A stretch of 64,000 nucleotides of DNA, from NCBI GenBank assembly GCA_963833985.1, contig CAWIAD010000002.1, positions 4,800,001-4,864,000 on the forward strand. The letters are read 5' to 3'. Below are positions 54,843 to 64,000 of this stretch, one piece after another. The stretch's first letter is position 1. Every line of letters begins with the position of its first letter. The translations under genes and the position numbers were made by a program. A model generated the notes under the pieces. That model did no database searches. It was not told where the DNA came from and saw nothing but the letters and a program-made list of their open reading frames with translations. The stretch is from an uncultured Planctomycetaceae bacterium. GTDB taxonomy: Bacteria; Planctomycetota; Planctomycetia; Isosphaerales; Isosphaeraceae.

Positions 54843-55079
54843 CTACGGTCGTCCAGAACTCTTGGGCATCGTCTCGATCAGGGCCCGGAGCAGGCTGTTG
54901 ACCGACTCCGCGGTGGTGAACACCTTGCTCACATCCGGGTCAAGGGCCACCACCAGCCGATCTCGATCGCTCGGGCTCGCAAACCGATTCGGCCGGGCTT
55001 GCGTGTAGTCAAACGCATACTCGGAACGAAGCTCGTCCGATGGCTCCAGCGGGCGGTCACCCACCTTGGTCTTCTTCAT
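54843..55079 (-). CDS. Putative antitoxin (BrnA-like) inside the 16S-23S spacer
   Basis: 78 aa MKKTK..DELRSEYAFDYTQARPNRFA..VVALDPDVSKVFTTAESVNSLLRALI; LDPDV and VNxxLR motifs typical of BrnT partners; start overlaps toxin 3' end by 23 nt. Confidence 0.82.
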   Translation of the reverse strand: MKKTKVGDRPLEPSDELRSEYAFDYTQARPNRFASPSDRDRLVVALDPDVSKVFTTAESVNSLLRALIETMPKSSGRP

Positions 55080-55347
55080 GGGCTGTACGTTCTTTCCGCG
55101 TCGCCGGCCGGGCACTGATGATCCGCACGAGGCCGGGGCCTCGCTCGGTAAAGTTCACGAGCAGCAGCCGGCGGAGAATCGAGTGGCCCACAAGGATCTC
55201 GCGCGTCTCCTCGATCGAATGGTCCTCATCATAAAAGATCCTGGCCAGCGGATCATCGAAGACGGTGGACGCCTCGTCGAAACCGACTCCATGCCTGGTC
55301 AGGTTGGAGGCGGCCTTGACGGGGTCCCACTCGAATTTCAGAGCCAT
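55057..55347 (-). CDS. brnT: BrnT family ribonuclease toxin inside the 16S-23S spacer
   Basis: FEWDPVKAASNLTRHGVGFDEASTVFDDP..HSIEETR..LLLVNFTER..RIISARPATRKER: hallmark BrnT (DUF497) motifs, ORF intact (GTG 55350 alternative start). Confidence 0.92.
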   Translation of the reverse strand: MALKFEWDPVKAASNLTRHGVGFDEASTVFDDPLARIFYDEDHSIEETREILVGHSILRRLLLVNFTERGPGLVRIISARPATRKERTAHEEDQGG

Positions 55348-55520
55348 CACGAAACGTCACAAGCCAACTGTGGTGCAAACCCCCAAGGGGAGCCGGCGGG
55401 CGTGCCGCGGGATCGAGGTCCGGGGATGGTGCCGACGTGGCCTTATCGAGTTCGGGAAGCGAAGCCTGGCGGCAACACTTCCTGGGTGAACTCTCAGGCC
55501 GGTTTTCCAAGGTTGTCCTT

Positions 55521-57034
<1,514 letters not shown>

Positions 57035-57363
57035 ATGATGTCAACCCGCTTCGCAGAGCCCGAGAGCCCCGGTCGCGGATCAACCCTCACCTCGAAAGGT
57101 TGAGGAAAAAAAACTGGTCGCATCAAGCCCCTGGCAAGGCGGTTTCACAACCGTTCTGCCGGGCACTTGCTGCCGGTCCTGTGCAGGCCATCCCACGGCA
57201 GCCCAGGCGCTTCGGACCACGAAGGCCGGGCCGCCCCGAGGCTGCGGCCGCACGCCGGCTCCCCTCAAGGGTTTCTCACCACAGAACGGATGAATCTCAT
57301 CCATCGTGTGCTTGCAATTCTCTTGCGTTCTCGTTTTCTGGCTGACGAGTGCAATCAACCGGA

Positions 57364-57376
57364 TTGTCAAAGAGCC
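57364..57376 (-). promoter_or_regulatory. Leader boxA-like antitermination element
   Basis: Minus strand GGCTCTTTGACAA between promoter and 16S. Confidence 0.7.
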
Positions 57377-57521
57377 ATGCCGGGTTCCGGCAACCAGGAT
57401 GGTACGCCGTACCCGACCGCGTTGTTCACCGAGTTCCGCCGATGCCATCGGCCGGTGCAAGCTGCCTGCTGGCATCTCGCCCCGGCCGTCTCATAGCGGA
57501 CTTGCTGCACAACCCACATGA

Positions 57522-57570
57522 ATACTAACGAGCCTGGAACTCCGGGTCAAACCCCTGGAGCATTTTTTTT
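57522..57570 (-). promoter_or_regulatory. Sigma70-type rRNA promoter with UP-like A-tract
   Basis: Minus strand TTGACC (57550-57545), 17-bp spacer, TAGTAT (57527-57522); A8 tract upstream. Confidence 0.8.
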
Positions 57571-57605
57571 CTGCAAAGCGCAGGCGCAGGTGTGGCGCCG
57601 GGGGC

Positions 57606-58637
57606 TCAGTAGAAGAATGCGGCAGCGTCATCGTAGTAGGAGAGATCAAGGGGCTGACGGGAGATTGCGCTTGCGGTCAACGGCGAGTTCGTGATCTGGC
57701 CGTTGCGGTAGCAGAGCGCCACGCCGAATCGGCCTTGAAGCACCAGGTGGCTCGCGGCAAGTCCCAGCCGCGTGGCCAGCACCCGGTCGCGGGACGTGGG
57801 GGGGCCCCCGCGTTGCAAGTGACCCAGGACGACGCTCCGTGTTTCGATGCCGGTCTGGCGCTCCAGGATCTCGGCGATGGCCGCGGCGATGCCGCCCAGC
57901 CGGAGATTGCCGAAGGGATCGGGGGGAAGGTCGAGTGCCAGGGGCTGCTGGTCAGGAAATCGTGCGCCCTCGGCGACGATCACCAGACCATAGTTCCTGC
58001 CCGCCCGGCGCCTTCCCGTGAGCACGCCGACGAGGTGAGGCAGATCGATGGGCACTTCCGGAACCAGGATATAGTCGGCCCCGACGGCCATTCCCGCGAA
58101 GCAGGCGATCCAGCCGACATTCCGCCCCATGGTCTCGACCACGAAGATACGGCGGTGGCTCTGGGCCGTGGTGCGCAGCCGATCGACGGCCTCGGTGACC
58201 ACATCGACTGCGGTATCGAAACCGAACGAGAAATCGGCCAGCGACATGTCGTTGTCGATCGTCTTGGGGATGCCGACGATGGGGAGCTGGAAATCGTTGT
58301 AGAGGCGCAGTGCGACGCCCAGAGTGTCATCACCGCCGATGACGATCAGGGCGTCCAGGCCAAGGGTGTCAAAGTTTTGCCGCAGCGCAGTCAGGTCGGT
58401 GTCCGGGTGCTTGTAGGGATTGGTCCTGGACGAGCCAAGGATCGTCCCTCCCAGGCCGATGATGTCCTCGGTTTGCTCGATGGACAGGGGCATGATCTGG
58501 TTTCGGATCAATCCACGCCAGCCTTCGACGATGCCCACCGCAACCCCGCCGGCATTGCAGATCTGCCGGACCGCGGCACGGATGACCGCGTTGAGCCCCG
58601 GGCAATCTCCGCCGCCTGTGAGCAGGCCGACATTCAT
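57606..58637 (-). CDS. pfkA: 6-phosphofructokinase (probably PPi-dependent)
   Basis: LTGGGDCPGLN, GGTILGSSR, GGDDT, PKTIDND, VETMGR, LGHLQRGG. Confidence 0.92.
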   Translation of the reverse strand: MNVGLLTGGGDCPGLNAVIRAAVRQICNAGGVAVGIVEGWRGLIRNQIMPLSIEQTEDIIGLGGTILGSSRTNPYKHPDTDLTALRQNFDTLGLDALIVIGGDDTLGVALRLYNDFQLPIVGIPKTIDNDMSLADFSFGFDTAVDVVTEAVDRLRTTAQSHRRIFVVETMGRNVGWIACFAGMAVGADYILVPEVPIDLPHLVGVLTGRRRAGRNYGLVIVAEGARFPDQQPLALDLPPDPFGNLRLGGIAAAIAEILERQTGIETRSVVLGHLQRGGPPTSRDRVLATRLGLAASHLVLQGRFGVALCYRNGQITNSPLTASAISRQPLDLSYYDDAAAFFY

Positions 58638-58838
58638 GAGTGACGCTCGATGCCGGGTGAGTAGGGAGCGGGGTGAGTCACGGACCGGTCCGGGAGAGTC
58701 GTGGCCGCACGGACGCCGGAGCCCTCGCAGTTCCGCGCCCTGCTTTGAAGGTACCAGGAAGCGGACAGCCCGGCCAGTGACCGGGGTGGTTCCAGATCGG
58801 GAGGAGCCGTGCTGGTGCGGGCCTGGGTCTGCCCTGGC

Positions 58839-60191
58839 CTAGACAGCGCGCGGAATCAGCTCGCGCTCGACCCAGGTCGTGTCGACCCGGGCGTTCAGGA
58901 AATCCGGGTTGCGAAGTGCTCTGCGGTGAAGCGGGATGGTTGTCTTGACGCCGTCGATGACCAGCTCATCGAGTGCCCGGCGCATGCGGGCGATGGCCTC
59001 GCCGCGGGTGGGGGCATGAACGATCAGCTTGCCCAGGAGCGAGTCGTAATTTGGCGGCACCGTGTAGCCGACCTGGATGTGCGAGTCCCAGCGGACGCCG
59101 GGTCCGCCCGGAATCTGGAGCACGGTGATCCGTCCCGGAGAGGGGCGGAAATCATTCTCGGGATCTTCCGAGTTGATCCGGCATTCGATGGCGTGCCCGC
59201 GCGTGACGATGTCTTCCTGGCGAAAGGGCAAGGGCTCACCGGCGGCGATGCGAATCTGCTGCTGGACGAGGTCGATCCCCGTCACCAGCTCGGTGACCGG
59301 ATGTTCGACCTGGATGCGGGCGTTGACCTCGATGAAGTAGAAGCGGTTGTCGGCGTCGACCAGGAACTCGCAGGTACCCGCGTTCACATAGCCGACGGTA
59401 CGGGCCAGCCGGACGGCGGCCTGACCGAGCTCGGACCGGACTTCCAGGGGGAGCGAGGGTGCGACAGCCTCTTCCACAAGCTTCTGATGACGGCGCTGGA
59501 GCGAGCAGTCGCGATCCCAGCAGTGGACCACGTTGCCGTGTGAATCCGCCAGGATCTGGACCTCGACGTGGCGCGGCCGGTCGATGAATTTCTCCAGGTA
59601 AACGCTGGGGTTCTTGAACGCGGCCGCGGCCTCGTTGCGGGCCGCCTGCAAGGCGCTGGCGAGGCTTCCCTCGTCGCGGCAGACCCGCATCCCCTTGCCG
59701 CCTCCGCCGGCGGCGGCCTTGATGAGCACGGGGAAACCGATGGAGCGGGCCAGCGTCAGCGCCTCGGCGTCGCTGGCGACGGCGCCCTCGGAGCCGGGCA
59801 CGCAGGCCACCCTGGCTGCCGCGGCGATCTGCTTGGCCTCGGTCTTCAGGCCCATCTTGCGAATGGCCTCGTGGGGCGGGCCGATGAACTCGAAATTGCA
59901 GCTCCGGCAAATCTCGGCGAATTGCGGATTCTCGCTCAAGAACCCGTAGCCAGGGTGAATGGCCTGCACATCGGCGACCTCCGCCGCGGCGATCAGGCGG
60001 GGGATGTTGAGGTAGCTATCCACGCTTGGCGCCTTGCCGATGCAGATGGCGCGATCGGCAAGCTGAAGGTAAGGAGCGTCGCGGTCGGCCTGAGAATAGA
60101 CGGCGACCACCTCGATCCCCAGTTCCTTGCAGGCCCGGATCACCCGCAGCGCGATCTCACCGCGATTGGCCACCAGGATTCGTTGAAACAT
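58839..60191 (-). CDS. accC: Acetyl-CoA carboxylase, biotin carboxylase subunit
   Basis: [53 protein letters not shown]. Confidence 0.96.
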   Translation of the reverse strand: MFQRILVANRGEIALRVIRACKELGIEVVAVYSQADRDAPYLQLADRAICIGKAPSVDSYLNIPRLIAAAEVADVQAIHPGYGFLSENPQFAEICRSCNFEFIGPPHEAIRKMGLKTEAKQIAAAARVACVPGSEGAVASDAEALTLARSIGFPVLIKAAAGGGGKGMRVCRDEGSLASALQAARNEAAAAFKNPSVYLEKFIDRPRHVEVQILADSHGNVVHCWDRDCSLQRRHQKLVEEAVAPSLPLEVRSELGQAAVRLARTVGYVNAGTCEFLVDADNRFYFIEVNARIQVEHPVTELVTGIDLVQQQIRIAAGEPLPFRQEDIVTRGHAIECRINSEDPENDFRPSPGRITVLQIPGGPGVRWDSHIQVGYTVPPNYDSLLGKLIVHAPTRGEAIARMRRALDELVIDGVKTTIPLHRRALRNPDFLNARVDTTWVERELIPRAV

Positions 60192-60266
60192 GAAAGAGTC
60201 ACACCATGACGATGAGAGGTATGCAGGCAACTCCGTTCCCGCCGGCGATCCAGAGATCGGCGCAGG

Positions 60267-60779
60267 TCAGCCCGGAACGACCCGGAAGAGCGGCTGGTCG
60301 AACTCGACGGCCTGCCCATTCTTGACCAAAATCTCGGCGATCGAGCCGGAAACTCCCGCCGGGATATCCGTGAAGACCTTCATCGCCTCGATGATGCACA
60401 CGGTGCTGTCGGGCTGGACCGCCGAGCCCACCTTGACAAAGGGCGGAGCATCCGGGGAGCTGGAGGCGTAGTAGGTGCCCACCATGGGGCTCTTGATCAG
60501 GAGGGACGCGGGAGCAGCCGCGGACGCCGCCTCAGGCCCCGGGGACAGCGCAGGCGCGGCCTCATGCGGAGCGTGCATCGGCTGCGCCGGACCAGCTTGC
60601 CACTGGGGCTGGTAGGGGGAGGCAAGGTCGGCCCCGGGGCCGCGCCGCCGTAGCCGGATCTGCACATTCCCATCGCTTATATTCATATCTGTCAAATCGT
60701 AGCGTTTCATGAGACGCACGAGGTAGTGAATCTTTTGAACGTCAAGCGGCTCACCGGGACTAGGGTCTTGATCTGCCAT
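60267..60779 (-). CDS. accB: Acetyl-CoA carboxylase, biotin carboxyl carrier protein
   Basis: [15 protein letters not shown] biotinylation motif, VEFDQPLF; Ala/Pro linker; ATG 60779. Confidence 0.95.
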   Translation of the reverse strand: MADQDPSPGEPLDVQKIHYLVRLMKRYDLTDMNISDGNVQIRLRRRGPGADLASPYQPQWQAGPAQPMHAPHEAAPALSPGPEAASAAAPASLLIKSPMVGTYYASSSPDAPPFVKVGSAVQPDSTVCIIEAMKVFTDIPAGVSGSIAEILVKNGQAVEFDQPLFRVVPG

Positions 60780-60908
60780 GCCTTGACTCCCTGGAGACGT
60801 GCGATCGCCTCTCACGTCTGGTTTCGAGCCTGCCCGTCCGCGCCTGGATCCTTGACCACGATCCTCGAACGGTCACGGCCCTTGCGAGCACGTGCCCGAG
60901 GGTCCGGG

Positions 60909-61999
60909 TCAGAGCCGCGCCGAGTCCAGAGTTCTGGGCAGATGGCTCAGGACCTCGCAGCCATGGGCGGTGACCAGAACATCGTCCTCGATGCGAACAC
61001 CGCCCCATTCCGGAAGGTAGATCCCAGGCTCGACGGTGACCACCATACCCGGCTTCAGGATGGACTCGGATTGCTTGCGGAGACGGGTGCCTCGTGGATC
61101 TCCATGCCCAGTCCGTGGCCCGTGCCGTGGTCAAAAAAATGACCGAAACCCGCTTCCTCGATGACGCGGCGGGCTTCGGCATCGACATCTTGGGCCAGCA
61201 CCCCGGGGCGAATCGAAGCGATCGCTCGCTCCTGAGCCAGCAGAACGGTCTTGTAAACCGTCGTGAATTCCGGAGTGACCATACCGGTGACCAGAACCCG
61301 AGTCAAGTCACTTTTGTAGGGCCGGCCGGTCGCTCCCCAGTCGATGAGCACGAAGTGATCGTCGCCGATCCTGGTTGACGATGTCGGCCGTGCGTGCGGC
61401 AGGGCGGCTCGCTTGCCCACGGCAACGATTGGTGGGAAGCTCGAACCGGTGGCGCCGCATCGCCTCATATTCGCCTCCAGGAGATCGGCGAGTTCTTTCT
61501 CGCTGGCTCCCGTGCGGACGTGGGAGCGAAGCATCACGAACGCCTCCTCCGCGAACGCGATGGCTTCCCGGATCGCGTCGATCTCCTCCGGGTCCTTGAT
61601 CTGCCGCAGGACCTCGACGCGGTCAGTCGTCGGAACCAGCGTGAGGCTGGCCGCAGCGTCGCGGATGGCCTGGTAATCGGCCACGCTCAACACGGAGGCC
61701 TCGAATCCGAGCCGGGAAATGCCCATCGAACCCGCCGCGTGAGCGATTGCCTGGGCAAGCGTCCTGGTACTCGGGCGGATGGAGGCTTCCAGCCCCGGGC
61801 ATTCCTGCTCGATCTGCGTGGTGAACCGGCCGTCCGAGATCAAGATTGCGCGATCACGGTGGATCAGCAGCGCGGACGAGTCGCCCGTGAACCCCGTAAG
61901 GTAGGTGACATTCGTCGGGGAACTGACCAGCAGCGCCTCACATTCCGAGGGTGGAAGATCCCGTCGCAGCGCTTCAATTCGTTCAGCGGTCCGGTCCAT
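60909..61999 (-). CDS. Xaa-Pro aminopeptidase (M24B); one frameshift near 61086
   Basis: [41 protein letters not shown]; restoring one C continues as [35 protein letters not shown] to 60909. Confidence 0.9.
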
Positions 62000-62169
62000 G
62001 TGCAGGGCTCGGTGAGCATCGGCAGGGCCAGAAGATCCTCAGCGTCCCGGCTCCCAACCGGACGAGCCTGGAAACGCGTGTACTGGATGGTAAGTTAACG
62101 TTCTGGGGCTTCACCGCAAAGAGGTGGCAGCGAACCAGTTCACAAACCTGCAACCGGAAGGCTCATGCG

Positions 62170-62852
62170 ATGCGCTCTGTCTCGTGGAACCGAATCGCGG
62201 GCGGATTACTGGGCGTTGCCATTTGCGCCCTGATTGCGGCCGATGAACCCGGCTTCCGATCGATCTTCGATGGCACCAGCGCCAGGGGCTGGATGCTCTG
62301 CGATGGCAAGCCGCTCGCGCAGAAGTTCATTCAGTCCGAGGGGCTCAATCCCCACGGCACGGGAAGTTACATCACGGTGTACGACCAGAAGGCCGGCAAT
62401 TTCGCGCTCGACCTCGATTACAAGCTGAGCCGAGGCTGCAACTCTGGCGTGTTTATCCGAGTCAGCGATCTGCATGACCCGGTCAATTCGGGCATCGAGG
62501 TCGCCCTCGACGACACCACCGGGGCCGGGATGCACGACTCGGGAGCCCTCTACGACCTGGTGCCCGCGCGGACCAATGCGCAGAAGCCAGCCGGCCAGTG
62601 GAATCATATGTCCATCACCGCCGCGGGGCCGAGAATCACGGTCGTTCTCAATGGCACCGAGGTGAGCGCCATGAACCTGGACGAATGGAGAACACCCGGA
62701 AAGCGCCGGACGGCTCGGCGCACAAGTTCACGAACGTGGCGATCGGCAAATTACCGCGGCGTGGTTATTTCGGATTGCAGGATCACGGCAGCGACTGCTG
62801 GTTCAAGAACATCAAGCTCAAGGAAACCGCTGCAACAAGTGCCGCACCCTGA
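62170..62852 (+). CDS. DUF1080 (3-keto-disaccharide hydrolase family) protein; one frameshift near 62706
   Basis: Signal peptide, SIFDG..GW, CNSGVFIR, SGALYD, GQWNHM; next frame PDGSAHKF..GYFGLQDHGSDCWFKNIKLK. Confidence 0.87.
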
Positions 62853-62946
62853 TTGACATGTGACGCGATGCGACCGGGACTCAAAGTGGGTCCCGGTCGG
62901 GAGCGTGGCTCAGCCTCATCTTCCCTGGGACAAGGCCCGGCTTGCC

Positions 62947-63999
62947 TTACCAGCCACCACCGTCTCCGCCACCACCCCAGTCACCGCCTCCATCGCCACC
63001 ACCCCAGTCTCCACCGCCATCTCCGCCACCCCAGTCTCCGCCTGTGTCACCCGCTCCCGGATCCGCCCAGGACGTGCCCTGTCCGCCGTCATCATTGCCT
63101 CCCACGAAATCGTTGTCGCCGGCTTCCACGGGCGACTGTGTATCGGAGGTGGGATAAGCCGCGGAATCGACATGGCCACTGTGCCGGCCCGAAAACTGGT
63201 CATAGAGCCAGTTGCCGGCGAGTGCGCCTCCGAGTCCGCCGAGCATGCCCGAGAAGAAACCGCCCCGGGGAGCCCCATATCCGCCTCCGTAGCCGGGTCC
63301 ATAGCCGGGACCCATACCGGGCCTGGGCATGCCGCCCATTCCCGTGGGTGTGCCGTAGCCTCCTCCGCCACGATTGAACACCCCGCCAAGCAACCTCAGT
63401 AGAAGCAGCACGCCGAAAATGACGAGGCCGATCGTGAACAGCGTGCCGATGCCAAACTTGCCCGCCTGTGCCGCGCCGTGGCGGCGAGCAGGGACGCCGA
63501 TCGGTCCCGGCACACCCTCCGCAGCCGCGGGAGCCGCTGTCAGTGCGTCGTCCAGGAAGGCCGCTGTCCGAACCAGGCCCTCGTCGAATCGCCCCGCCTT
63601 GAACTCGCTCAGCAACAGGTCCCGCACCTCGTGCCGCTTCTCGCGGGGCAGCAGCGCACTGTACTTTTCCTTGACCAGCAGGGGCGAGAATACGCGGTCG
63701 TGCTTGGAGATGAGCAGGTAGACGCCCTCATGGCCAATCTGCCGGGCGCGGCGCTCGGCTAGCGAGTCGATGGCACGCCGCTTCTCCGGCTCCGGTGCAT
63801 TCCGATCCAGGCCAGGGATCTCGCTGACTGTCTCGATCACGACGGGAACGCGGGTGCGCCGCTCGATCTGATCGAGCACGGACCCAGCTTTCTTGACGGC
63901 ACCGGAACTGAACAATCCGGCCTCGTCGCGAATCTCGGCCGCCTCGGATCGCGGCACGCCAAGGGCCAGCAAGGCGACCAGGCCGATGGCCCATTTCAC
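62947..63999 (-). CDS. TPM-domain membrane protein with Gly-rich C-terminus
   Basis: Signal peptide, IRDEAGLFS, VVIET, FKAGRFDEGL, one TM, GLGGALAGNWLYDQF, GGDWGGG repeats; start may lie beyond window end. Confidence 0.85.
   Translation of the reverse strand: MKWAIGLVALLALGVPRSEAAEIRDEAGLFSSGAVKKAGSVLDQIERRTRVPVVIETVSEIPGLDRNAPEPEKRRAIDSLAERRARQIGHEGVYLLISKHDRVFSPLLVKEKYSALLPREKRHEVRDLLLSEFKAGRFDEGLVRTAAFLDDALTAAPAAAEGVPGPIGVPARRHGAAQAGKFGIGTLFTIGLVIFGVLLLLRLLGGVFNRGGGGYGTPTGMGGMPRPGMGPGYGPGYGGGYGAPRGGFFSGMLGGLGGALAGNWLYDQFSGRHSGHVDSAAYPTSDTQSPVEAGDNDFVGGNDDGGQGTSWADPGAGDTGGDWGGGDGGGDWGGGDGGGDWGGGGDGGGW
62950..63040 (-). repeat. Coding tandem repeat (~27 bp unit, GGDWGGGDG x3)
   Basis: Repeated CCACCCCAGTC cores; translates to the Gly/Asp/Trp tail of the TPM protein. 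Confidence 0.75.
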
Positions 64000-64000
64000 T

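Noticed and set aside
55351..55520. Possible spacer tRNA or dedicated TA promoter
   Set aside because: No cloverleaf visible; TTGCAC upstream of brnT has no properly spaced -10; only a 4-bp CACA/TGTG palindrome.
62950..63040. Periodic repeat as CRISPR array
   Set aside because: In-frame coding Gly-rich repeat, no unique spacers, no cas genes.

Overview
GC-rich Planctomycetota window, most likely Isosphaeraceae-like (16S contains the Pla46 target sequence; planctomycete-type RxxLERLEDRxLL export motif). Left to right: the N-terminus of a priming sugar transferase running off the left edge; an IS630 relic; a 1564-aa PKD-repeat surface protein facing a small lipoprotein that shares its C-terminal domain; a ~43-kb exosortase/PEP-CTERM-associated surface-polysaccharide locus (two UDP-GlcNAc 2-epimerases, GT2/GT4/GT8 enzymes, Wzm/Wzt, AsnB, two deacetylases, O-antigen-ligase-like protein, FemAB, methyltransferases, SGNH/beta-helix fusion, TPR-sulfotransferase, exosortase, Wzc, EpsI, TPR proteins, one PEP-CTERM protein); a minus-strand 16S-23S-5S rRNA operon; then pfk, accC, accB, Xaa-Pro peptidase, DUF1080 and a TPM-domain gene. 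The most striking feature is an intact BrnT-family toxin plus putative antitoxin gene pair lying inside the 16S-23S spacer, co-oriented with the rRNAs, where spacer tRNAs normally sit (none seen). Also notable: thioester-domain-like motifs in the PEP-CTERM protein, a domain inserted into a PKD repeat, and a ~60-nt deletion near the 23S 5' end. Several single-base frameshifts, mostly in short homopolymers, look like sequencing errors. All calls are by eye from motifs; no searches were run.
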